From assembly GCA_048882505.1 (NCBI GenBank), contig JBHLRO010000002.1, positions 420,563-452,562 on the forward strand: a stretch of 32,000 nucleotides of DNA. Direction: 5' to 3'. Of the stretch, positions 1-7,985 are shown piece after piece; within the stretch, counting starts at the first letter, position 1, and every line of letters starts with the position of its first letter. The notes below the pieces were generated by a model that had not been told where the DNA came from, did not search any database, and saw nothing but the letters and a program-made list of their open reading frames with translations. Origin of the DNA: Candidatus Thorarchaeota archaeon. Lineage in GTDB: Archaea > Asgardarchaeota > Heimdallarchaeia > Hodarchaeales > Hodarchaeaceae. Both the position numbers and the translations under genes were made by a program.

Positions 1-2
1 AG

Positions 3-1094
3 GATTCGAAACGGATCAATGTTTCCCATCACTGAAGTTGGGTGTGTTATGCTTACATATTCCTGTTGCTTCCTCAATAGACCAAGATTATCTTTGACTA
101 GCACAAAAATACGTTGCACAAGCTCGAAAACTTGGGGGATCTCATCTTTTATGTCTCGCAGAATTACCCGAAGCGTGTTTTCGCTAATCCCGCTCTCCCA
201 TCCTGCTTGCAAACTTCCCAGATAGTTCGGAGCGATAATTTCGCTTAGCTCTCGTTGAAAAACATTGTCGGTCATTAGTTCGGGTTTAAATTCTCTTAAA
301 TATGTCAGTAGAAAAATTTTCTCGCGAGCTCGTTCCAATCTAGTTTGTTCGTCCAGTTTAGGGAGATATTTCGGATGAAGGTGTTCAACGATTGATTGAG
401 ACCATTCATCAAAATGAATTCGGGTAATCGGATCGAGTCTGACTAGGATTGAATCAGTTAGAATATTATCTAACCTGATGGGCAAACTTTTTGGGGAATA
501 AAAGCGCATCAGGCCGCCTGGATGTAGAGCAGTTTTGTTCGGTAAGCGTAAAAGTAGTGACGCTCCGCTGGAAATTGCCAAAAGACCAATGCTAGCTGTA
601 AAGATGAATAGGCGCCCAATTTCCGATATTTCTTGCAGGGAGATTGCAGAGACGAAAACAGCGAACGAGATAATAACTGTAATCGTTACCGAGTACGAAC
701 CTCGATATAAGAGCCGTATTCTACCATCCACCTCATCAAATCCTTCTACACCTTCTATCAGTAGTCCAGAACCAGTTATCTTCTTAATTTCCTCGTTAAA
801 AGCCCTTTCCTGCATGAACCCATTAACAGCGAAAGGGAAAGCTGCAATGATAAGCAGCAGGTATGTTACTACAGTCATATCCCGGATGAATTGAATAAAT
901 GCTCCTGGCTCTGATGGAACACCAGCAATATCAGGAATAAGCAGATTCCATCGTGAATCCGTTAAATCACTGGGAATAATGGCTTGATAGTAAAGCAATA
1001 TGGCCAAAACTATCGGAAGTAATCCTAAAAAGATTATTCCAAACCGCTTGCAATACGAATTTAACATTGAATCAAAATCCATTGGCGATACCAT
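3..1094 (-). CDS. Hypothetical multi-pass membrane protein with a C-terminal soluble domain (partial; runs off the window start, absent from the ORF track)
   Basis: Manual translation from ATG at 1094 is open to the window edge (364 codons): MVSPMDFDSMLNSYCKRFGIIFLGLLPIVLAILLYY...VTYLLLIIAAFPFAV...SVTITVIISFAVFVSAI...LFIFTASIGLLAISSGASLLL (about 4 hydrophobic segments), then a soluble helical region. The + strand ORFs 19..225 and 535..894 are its shadows. Confidence 0.85.
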   Translation of the reverse strand, partial: MVSPMDFDSMLNSYCKRFGIIFLGLLPIVLAILLYYQAIIPSDLTDSRWNLLIPDIAGVPSEPGAFIQFIRDMTVVTYLLLIIAAFPFAVNGFMQERAFNEEIKKITGSGLLIEGVEGFDEVDGRIRLLYRGSYSVTITVIISFAVFVSAISLQEISEIGRLFIFTASIGLLAISSGASLLLRLPNKTALHPGGLMRFYSPKSLPIRLDNILTDSILVRLDPITRIHFDEWSQSIVEHLHPKYLPKLDEQTRLERAREKIFLLTYLREFKPELMTDNVFQRELSEIIAPNYLGSLQAGWESGISENTLRVILRDIKDEIPQVFELVQRIFVLVKDNLGLLRKQQEYVSITHPTSVMGNIDPFRI

Positions 1095-1180
1095 CCAAGA
1101 AGATCAGACGTAATCACCCGTTCAACTTTCCTTCAGAAATAAAATATCTGCTGAAATAGCGAAATTCCCTACCTACCCCC

Positions 1181-1187
1181 TTATAAA
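1181..1187 (+). promoter_or_regulatory. Archaeal TATA-box-like element in the divergent intergenic region upstream of arsC
   Basis: TTATAAA about 55 bp upstream of the TTG at 1244, in the only non-coding gap (1095-1243). Which gene it serves is not certain. Confidence 0.4.
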
Positions 1188-1243
1188 CGGTAGCCACCAC
1201 TACTTAAACCAGGAAACGAACACCAATTTAGGAATGAAAGCTA

Positions 1244-1690
1244 TTGGAAGACCCTCCCGATCCGCCAGAACCATCGGATGACCAAGATGATAGAAAATCG
1301 GTCCTGTTTCTTTGCACACATAATAGTGCCCGATCTCAAATGGCAGAAGGTATCCTTAAGGCAAGATTTTCCTCTAAATACAAAGTATATAGTGCTGGAA
1401 CCCATCCAACCTCTGTGAAACGCGAAGCCATCCAAGCTATGAAAGAAGTTGGCATCGATATCTCTAGGAATACCTCAAAGGGCCTAGAAAACTTCCTTGA
1501 TATGGCAATTGATTACGTTGTAACAGTGTGCGATACAGCAAAAGAGAATTGCCCATATTTTCCAGGAGCGAAAAAATATATTCACAAGAGCTTCGAAGAT
1601 CCGTCAACACTTGTTGACTACCGAAGAGTACGCAATCAGATGCAAACTTGGATCATCAATCAGTTCGCGGAGTTTCCCAATCCAGTTTAA
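1244..1690 (+). CDS. arsC: Arsenate reductase, thioredoxin-coupled (LMW-PTP fold)
   Basis: P-loop LFLCTHNSARSQMAEG (CX5R), SAGT motif, and the redox Cys pair in VTVCDTAKENCP. TTG start. Confidence 0.85.
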   Translation: MEDPPDPPEPSDDQDDRKSVLFLCTHNSARSQMAEGILKARFSSKYKVYSAGTHPTSVKREAIQAMKEVGIDISRNTSKGLENFLDMAIDYVVTVCDTAKENCPYFPGAKKYIHKSFEDPSTLVDYRRVRNQMQTWIINQFAEFPNPV

Positions 1691-1787
1691 AGGAAAAGAA
1701 GCTAAAGAAACGGCAAGAATAGAGTGAAGAGATCCTTATTCTCGAATTTTAGTTCAAACAGGATCAATATTCAGAAAAAGAGACGTT

Positions 1788-2810
1788 CTAGTTTTCCTTT
1801 GGTACGTTTTGGTCAACAGGTGGAGGAGCATATGTTGCTTTGGCTTTTCCTTGATCATCCGTTAAAGTAACCGAAGTAACTCCATATCCAATCTCAATCG
1901 AATCCACAATTAGCTGGTAGAACTTTCCATGGAAAAACACGTTATAGAATAGCGTGATCAAGATCACAATGAGAGAAACATTAACAATGCAGAAAACTAC
2001 TAACCCTACAATCAGCTCAATTCGATTTGCGAAATCCGGTATAGTGTCGGCTCCTAGGGCTAACACTGAGCCCACCGTAATTATTCCAGCTGTAATGTTA
2101 AGGACTCTTGTGCCTACAAACCAATTAAGTTTCGCTGCGGAGTTATAGGCCTTTAGCCTAGCATCCTGCAACATCCATCCAATAGGATAGATGAATGTGA
2201 ATATCAAAGGAACTAAGATCAAGAGGATAACTGTACGCAATATGAAAAACAATGGATCAGTAGCGTTCAAAATATTCGCAGGAGCTCCGCCTAAGAAGCC
2301 TGCTAGAAGATTCATAAGAAAAGCTGAAAGAGAAACCCAAGCAATTAGGAGCGAGATGAATTTTGTTGAAATATGGGGACTACCTATCTTTCTTTCCTCG
2401 AATGTGATATATTCTAAGTAGTGAACATCACCACGAGTGAACAAAGCTCTGAGAATCTTGTTGTCAATCAAATAATGCGCTACACGGGGTGTTGCCAGAG
2501 TACCTATTATGAACCATAAGTAAATTACGATGAATGCCACTATTATACTAATTGGAATTCCGAACAAAAAGTTCGGAGCAATGCCAAAAGGGGGAAATTC
2601 TAGAAAAAACAAAACAGAGGAAAGGACTCCCAATAAAACCACGAGAATAATACCTCCCCGTGAAAATTGGAACTTAGGATGTCTCAAACTATTATACATG
2701 TCTCTTAAGGTCGCGATCATAAATTCATTTAGACGTCCTTTCCTTGTCGGTTCAATAGGGGGGCTCGGTTCATTCATCTGTAGTTCTTCTTGTAGTTGGT
2801 CATCTTTCAT
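1788..2810 (-). CDS. Hypothetical multi-pass membrane protein (about 6 TM)
   Basis: 340-aa ORF with several long hydrophobic segments (GGIILVVLLGVLSSVLFFL, IPISIIVAFIVIYLWFIIG, FISLLIAWVSLSAFLMNLL, LFFILRTVILLILVPLIFTFIY, and others). No family recognised. Confidence 0.8.
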   Translation of the reverse strand: MKDDQLQEELQMNEPSPPIEPTRKGRLNEFMIATLRDMYNSLRHPKFQFSRGGIILVVLLGVLSSVLFFLEFPPFGIAPNFLFGIPISIIVAFIVIYLWFIIGTLATPRVAHYLIDNKILRALFTRGDVHYLEYITFEERKIGSPHISTKFISLLIAWVSLSAFLMNLLAGFLGGAPANILNATDPLFFILRTVILLILVPLIFTFIYPIGWMLQDARLKAYNSAAKLNWFVGTRVLNITAGIITVGSVLALGADTIPDFANRIELIVGLVVFCIVNVSLIVILITLFYNVFFHGKFYQLIVDSIEIGYGVTSVTLTDDQGKAKATYAPPPVDQNVPKEN

Positions 2811-2904
2811 CCTTCAATCAGCTCCTTGTTCTTCCATTTCTCCTTTTTTTACGTAACGATGACTTATTGATATAGCCATGGAATTCTTTTTGGTCAACTT
2901 CATT

Positions 2905-5031
2905 CTACCTCCTACGCCCGCCCCAGTCTAGCCTCCTCCAATCTTCTGGCTCGCTTTTTGTTTCTTCTTCCTTTTCTTCCTCTGAGGTTTTAGAGGGAGT
3001 TGATCCTGGGGTTATCCTCTGATTAACTTCTTCCCGAACTGCATTAATCCGACTACTTAATGATTCGACCTCAATTCCTAGGATTTCCAACTTGGGCGCC
3101 ACCAACTGTGATATCTGATTTGATATAGTATCTAGGTATTCGATGATCTTGATCAACTCTTCGTCGGGGATTGAAGTTCCTACCTGGGTTGACGTTCCTG
3201 TCTCATCCTCACTTGGAGCGAACGTAATCCTCGATGGAGTTGATTCCTCTAAAAATCGAGACTCTGGGGCTATAGAAGCTCTATCGGGACTCACAAACTG
3301 GGTTTTAATTATTTCCCCCGAATAATCAATCGTTAAAACGGTATTGGCTTTTTCAAGCCACAAAATTCCCCGAACAGGTTCGGTGTGTCGACAAATTTCT
3401 TGCACGCTTATCACATGATAATTATCTAAATTCATCAGATAGAGAGTTTCTTGCGCTGCAAAAAATACCCACTTGTTGTTTATAATTTTTATACATTGGA
3501 CAGAAGCAGAAGCATCATAAGTTTGGAGTAATCTGTTGGAAATTTTCTCAAAGATTTTGATCGCTCCGCTTCTGTGTCCAGTGATATTATACTCGTAGTC
3601 AGCAGTTGTTTCAAAACACTTGATCGGAGAATCGGTTTGGATGGAGCTAATCAGCCTCCCATCCCGGTTCCAAAACTTCAAAAGACCTGTATCGGAACCT
3701 GAAACTATTAGATCATCGTTCAGATATGAAACAGTTCCAATGTAGTCTTCATGGGCCTCCCAGGTCGCCATCCGTTTACCCTCCACTGTAAATACCCGTA
3801 AATAATTATCACCGCTGCATCCTACCACGAACTTATCCCCCATGGGAGAAACAGCTAATGCAGATCCAAGCGGAACTTTCTTTATACGGCCGATCTCCTC
3901 CTGGCGGCCTAGGTGCCAGATAGATACAGTATCATCATAGGAAGCGGCTATCACAATATCCTTGTCCTGAATGTGCACAAGGGATGAAACGGTTTCATGG
4001 TGTTTTGCAAGGAGCTGATCTTCCCCTGTTGCATAGTTAATTAGATGAACGCCCTTGTCTCCAGATGCAATCACCAGCTTTGATCCCTCAATGAACACAA
4101 CATCTTCCACGGATCCGGTACGTCCTCTCAATAGTGAAACGATTTCACCCGATAATGAAAAGACACTGATCTCACGCTCACCTGTCCCTTTGAGTATGGT
4201 AGAGTCGGATAATACAATGGGGTTACACCCTGATAGCTCCTGGGGAATAACTGTGATATCCCCACTACGGGTACTTACCACAAGCAGGTTACGATCTCCA
4301 GTAACGGCAATAATCCCGTTTTGAGCATTGAAATCGACACTAACGGGAGTAAAAGGGATTTTAAATCCCGAAACGAACTTTAAGTCCAAGGAGAGTACTT
4401 TTCCAGTTCCATCCTCTGAGACTGTAATAATTTTATCAGTATCACGACAGATTGACGTAATCAAGCCCTCATGGATCGATATTTCCTCCTCGATTGCCAT
4501 TTTCGAACTGTCAACCACTGCAAGATTTCCATTCCGTTTTGGAACCACTAATCGTTCATCATCTAGCCAAACCAGAGCATCACCAGATGAATTTTCAACA
4601 AACACAGATTTTATGCTCACAGTATTTGAGATATGATCATATAGGTAGAGATCATCATCGAAGGTGAGAAAAGCAGTTAATTCTGAGCTTGAATTAGTAC
4701 CAAAGATGTTTCTGATAACTAAACTTCTGTTTTTTCCAATTTCGTGAATAACATTATCTCTTAAATGAAGTACAAACGCTTTAGATGAGTTGGAAAGAAC
4801 AACAATTACCTTTTGATCATCCTCGGTAACCTGAAGGCCTTCTATTGGCTCAGGAAAAAAGAATAACACTTTTTCCTGGCGATTTCCAGACCAAATGCGG
4901 ACGGTTCCATCAAAACTACATGATGCGATGCGTGAGGAATGATGAAATGACGCTAACCGCATAACAGCAAATCGGTGTCCCGTTTCACCAGGAACTAACA
5001 CTTGGGAATTTGGGGTGAGATCATCAAACAT
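2905..5031 (-). CDS. WD40-repeat protein (probably two beta-propellers) with an acidic linker and a C-terminal coiled coil
   Basis: Repeats such as IASCSFDGTVRIW, KHHETVSSL...AASYDDTVSIW and AHEDYIGTV...VSGSDTGLLKFWN span about 580 aa. A heptad-patterned helix follows near residues 625-678. Confidence 0.85.
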   Translation of the reverse strand: MFDDLTPNSQVLVPGETGHRFAVMRLASFHHSSRIASCSFDGTVRIWSGNRQEKVLFFFPEPIEGLQVTEDDQKVIVVLSNSSKAFVLHLRDNVIHEIGKNRSLVIRNIFGTNSSSELTAFLTFDDDLYLYDHISNTVSIKSVFVENSSGDALVWLDDERLVVPKRNGNLAVVDSSKMAIEEEISIHEGLITSICRDTDKIITVSEDGTGKVLSLDLKFVSGFKIPFTPVSVDFNAQNGIIAVTGDRNLLVVSTRSGDITVIPQELSGCNPIVLSDSTILKGTGEREISVFSLSGEIVSLLRGRTGSVEDVVFIEGSKLVIASGDKGVHLINYATGEDQLLAKHHETVSSLVHIQDKDIVIAASYDDTVSIWHLGRQEEIGRIKKVPLGSALAVSPMGDKFVVGCSGDNYLRVFTVEGKRMATWEAHEDYIGTVSYLNDDLIVSGSDTGLLKFWNRDGRLISSIQTDSPIKCFETTADYEYNITGHRSGAIKIFEKISNRLLQTYDASASVQCIKIINNKWVFFAAQETLYLMNLDNYHVISVQEICRHTEPVRGILWLEKANTVLTIDYSGEIIKTQFVSPDRASIAPESRFLEESTPSRITFAPSEDETGTSTQVGTSIPDEELIKIIEYLDTISNQISQLVAPKLEILGIEVESLSSRINAVREEVNQRITPGSTPSKTSEEEKEEETKSEPEDWRRLDWGGRRR

Positions 5032-5115
5032 GCAAAGATCGCCGCTGGTTGCTATCCCGGAAGAGTATTGCTCTTGTTTATGCGATACTTGGAGTGAGGG
5101 CGATAATTCAAAAGT

Positions 5116-5859
5116 TTATTTCCTTTTCTTGGACAATCTGCGGGTCTCAGTTCTTTGAATAAGCGAGGGCAGTTCTTCCAAACTTTCAACTCTCGGACAA
5201 TCGGCATTACGCTGGAATGGTCTCCCATGCATGCCAGTAGGCCCCTTATCGTAAAGAACTGCGTTAATTTGGAGCTGTTTGGCAGGTAAGATATCCATTT
5301 GATAGTCATCCCCCAAGTATATTGTTTCCTTTGCCTTTACATTCGGAAAATCATCTAAAGCTGATTTAAAGATAGCAGAGCCAGGTTTTCCACTTCCAAT
5401 TTCACCTGAAATTGTCACCGAATCAAAATAATCTAGAATTCCAAAGTCAGTAAGAAGATCCCGTAAAGATGGATCCCAGTTTGAGACAATACCTAATTTG
5501 TACTCTGTAAGACTTTCCAACATAGTAATTACCCCCTTTTCTAAAATAAACTCTATTTCAAGACGTTCAGCAAGCTCAGCCTCGATTCTATTGATTTGCT
5601 TTCGTCCTTGGATCCCCAAAACCGAATAAAACGCATTCTGATATTTTCTCTGATCTAAATCACTGAATAATGAACCAGGTCTTTTCCTAGTCAAAACCCA
5701 TCTTTCTGCGTTTTTAAAAGCTTCATAGACTTGAGGTTTAGAAATCCGTTTGTTTAGGATCGCAGAAAGATGATTAGCATATTGAGAAGGTACCGTACCC
5801 CTCTTTGGTTGAATTAATGTTCCCCCTACATTGAAATAAATGGCTTTGAAATACCGCAC
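5116..5859 (-). CDS. HAD-superfamily hydrolase-like protein with the motif I nucleophile Asp replaced by Asn
   Basis: Motif I is YFNVGGTL (expected FDxGGTL). Motif II VSNWD, motif III GKP and motif IV YLGDDYQMDI are present. GTG start. Confidence 0.85.
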   Translation of the reverse strand: MRYFKAIYFNVGGTLIQPKRGTVPSQYANHLSAILNKRISKPQVYEAFKNAERWVLTRKRPGSLFSDLDQRKYQNAFYSVLGIQGRKQINRIEAELAERLEIEFILEKGVITMLESLTEYKLGIVSNWDPSLRDLLTDFGILDYFDSVTISGEIGSGKPGSAIFKSALDDFPNVKAKETIYLGDDYQMDILPAKQLQINAVLYDKGPTGMHGRPFQRNADCPRVESLEELPSLIQRTETRRLSKKRK

Positions 5860-5943
5860 ATCACTACCTTCTAAAAGCTGCTCCGTAAGAAGTCGACAGC
5901 ATTAACAGTCTGAATAGCTAATCATCTCGCATCCTCAAACGAT

Positions 5944-5960
5944 TAGATTTTTAAAATCTA
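5944..5960. promoter_or_regulatory. Perfect 8-1-8 palindrome (TAGATTTT-T-AAAATCTA) containing TATA-like sequence on both strands; candidate bidirectional promoter or operator
   Basis: Inverted repeat read directly. It lies between the divergent HAD gene and the basic-protein gene, and shares AGATTTTTAAAA with the element upstream of ligA. Confidence 0.5.
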
Positions 5961-6236
5961 GGGGGTTACGTTTCATCAGAAGTTCTAGCGATCTTCAAAC
6001 CAAGTTTGGAAAGAAGGACACGAGATACTTCAGTTTTAATGACAAGATTCGTAGGGTGCCAAGAGATTAATATCACGAGGCAAGAGATATCTTTTTGTCT
6101 TTAGGATTTGAACCGTTTGGTGTCTTACTTACTGGAACTCTCAGAAAATGTTCCCTAGCAACCTAGGGACACTCGACGAAGTCTCTTCGGGTTCTAAACT
6201 ATTGCAGGGCCACGAAGTTGTTTACAGGTGATTCCA

Positions 6237-6605
6237 ATGACTGTTCATTCGCGAAGAAACAAACGGACTAATGTAGTCCGTGACATAGCCACCGATTATT
6301 GGAAAGAAGAAAAAGAAGAAACTCAGAAGATCTTAGAACGAAAAAAAAGGCTGAATACAACAGATACCACTAAGACTTCTGATTCATTACCCAAAAAAAC
6401 CTCCGAGAAGAAGAGGAAAATCCAGAAGGATTTCAAAAGCAAAAAACCAAGTCTCAAACGCTCATCAAAAAATAAGCGATCTTCCAAGCCCAAGGCGAAG
6501 ATCCGACCCCAAAGGCGCAGGATAGTTATGAAAAAAAGTCGCGAGGGAAAAACTCGGCTTAAAAAGCGTTCCCGCGCACAATATTTCCAAAGGTATGGAG
6601 TCTAG
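6237..6605 (+). CDS. Small, highly basic Lys/Arg/Ser-rich protein of unknown function
   Basis: ATG at 6237 is preceded by an archaeal SD-like AGGTGA (6226-6231), and an oligo-T tract follows the stop. About 45 of 122 residues are K or R. The ORF track starts it at GTG 6228. Confidence 0.6.
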   Translation: MTVHSRRNKRTNVVRDIATDYWKEEKEETQKILERKKRLNTTDTTKTSDSLPKKTSEKKRKIQKDFKSKKPSLKRSSKNKRSSKPKAKIRPQRRRIVMKKSREGKTRLKKRSRAQYFQRYGV

Positions 6606-6614
6606 AAGGGAACC

Positions 6615-6640
6615 ATCTCTTCTTCTCTTTTTTCATTTTT
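6615..6640 (+). terminator. Pyrimidine/oligo-T tract, likely an archaeal terminator for the basic-protein gene
   Basis: TCTCTTCTTCTCTTTTTTCATTTTT about 10 bp after the stop codon, between convergent genes. Confidence 0.45.
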
Positions 6641-6693
6641 CAAACAATTTGTGGGGGACATTAATTCTTTGTAATCGGGTTTACACTAGCCCA

Positions 6694-7140
6694 TCATTTG
6701 TGATCCAATTTTATATGCTTCAGTTCAATGCCTGCGGATCGGGCAGCATCAAAAATCCGATCATCATGATAAAATTCACCATAGACGACTTTTGTTATTC
6801 CTGCATTCGCCAATAACTTGAAACACGTCCAACAAGGCGATGCCGTTATATAGATCTCTGCCTTTTCCACGGTAACACCATTTTTTGCAGCCTGGGCAAT
6901 AGCATTAGATTCTGCATGAACTGTTCTCACGCAATGCTTTCCCGTCTCGTCCATCATGTGACCCACATCATCACAATGAGCCAGGCCACGAATAGAACCA
7001 TTATACCCCGTGGAAAGAATGGTTTTATCGCGAACAATAACAGCACCAATATTCTTTCTATCGCAGGTAGCACGTGTAGCCACTTGATGAGCTATTCGCA
7101 TGAAATAATGTTCCCATGTGTTTCTAGGTTTTTTCTCCAT
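6694..7140 (-). CDS. dCMP deaminase (ComEB-like, Zn-dependent cytidine deaminase fold)
   Basis: RATCDRKNIGAVIV, STGYNG, TVHAESNAI (HAE) and SPCWTC (PCxxC) motifs. Confidence 0.9.
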   Translation of the reverse strand: MEKKPRNTWEHYFMRIAHQVATRATCDRKNIGAVIVRDKTILSTGYNGSIRGLAHCDDVGHMMDETGKHCVRTVHAESNAIAQAAKNGVTVEKAEIYITASPCWTCFKLLANAGITKVVYGEFYHDDRIFDAARSAGIELKHIKLDHK

Positions 7141-7326
7141 TTAATTCACCATAACCATGAACAATAGACGGATCAACACACTAAGTAGTTGTGCTGACCC
7201 ATAAAGATACAGTAAATCAAGTTTCCGTGCAATTAAAACAGATCGTTATGTTCAAGTAACAATCCATAAAGCTTGATGTTGATAACATTTCTATCCAGAA
7301 CTCATCAAAATTGAGGTTGCAGGTCA

Positions 7327-7695
7327 ATGACTCGCCGACATTACAAAACCAGATGGCATCGCGATGGAACGATAATTGCAGTAATTCTAGCTGCCCTTGG
7401 AGGGCTATTACAGATCCTCTTTGGTGTAGAAGGTCTAATAGGACAAAGAAGTCCCACCTATTTTTATATTGGATCCCTGATCCATTTACCTGCTGACCTG
7501 ATTATCATCTACGCCGTAGTACCAATTGTATGTGGTATAATAGTATTGGCGATAACATTCAAACAGCAACCACACAAAAACGACGAGTTGGTTTGGATGA
7601 TTATAACAGCAATAGTGGGTGTTCTTGGTGGAACGCTTGGAGGTTTAATCGTCCTCGGAGCAGTATTCATCTATATAATTCTTTACTTTATCTAG
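7327..7695 (+). CDS. Small hypothetical membrane protein (about 4 TM)
   Basis: 122 aa, mostly hydrophobic and Gly-rich segments, ATG start. Confidence 0.75.
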   Translation: MTRRHYKTRWHRDGTIIAVILAALGGLLQILFGVEGLIGQRSPTYFYIGSLIHLPADLIIIYAVVPIVCGIIVLAITFKQQPHKNDELVWMIITAIVGVLGGTLGGLIVLGAVFIYIILYFI

Positions 7696-7838
7696 AAACC
7701 CAATATCTGTCAATATTCCCTTATTGGAATCCAAATTGGGGACTTTTTCAATACATCTAACATGTAAGGGAAGTATTCAATGCAAATCAATTTCCTTTTC
7801 ACTAATGCTGGAGTTTTATGTACTCTAATCGGAAGGAA

Positions 7839-7863
7839 AAATCTCTCTTAAGCGGAGAGATTT
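7839..7863. other. 9-bp stem hairpin (AAATCTCTC-ttaagcg-GAGAGATTT); terminator or operator candidate
   Basis: Perfect inverted repeat in the gap between the small membrane gene and ligA. Confidence 0.4.
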
Positions 7864-7940
7864 GGTTCTCGAAGTTTTGGGGAATTAATAATTCTAATCA
7901 GAGCAGTTGCACCTATAAAATTCCTGATCTCTCCCTCGCC

Positions 7941-7954
7941 GAAGATTTTTAAAA
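7941..7954 (+). promoter_or_regulatory. BRE/TATA-like promoter of ligA
   Basis: GAAGA followed by TTTTTAAAA, about 30 bp before GTG 7986 and about 60 bp before ATG 8016. Confidence 0.45.
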
Positions 7955-7985
7955 GTCATTTAAGGAAATGGAATCATAATCTAAG

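Noticed and set aside
19-894. + strand ORFs 19..225 and 535..894
   Set aside because: Antisense shadows of the long minus-strand membrane-protein gene.
1244-1690. Possible arsenic-resistance operon
   Set aside because: arsC stands alone: no arsR, acr3/arsB or arsM nearby, and trxB is 11 kb away. The CTHNSAR P-loop is within normal family variation.
1954-4636. Multiple + strand ORFs inside the membrane and WD40 genes
   Set aside because: Antisense shadows with no recognisable motifs.
5052-5309. 85-aa minus-strand ORF overlapping the HAD gene 3' end
   Set aside because: Out-of-frame overlap with a well-supported gene, and no motifs.
7276-7288. Short palindromes ATGTT-gat-AACAT (7276-7288) and GAATTA-a-TAATTC (7882-7894)
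   Set aside because: Too short and AT-rich to distinguish from chance without comparative data.
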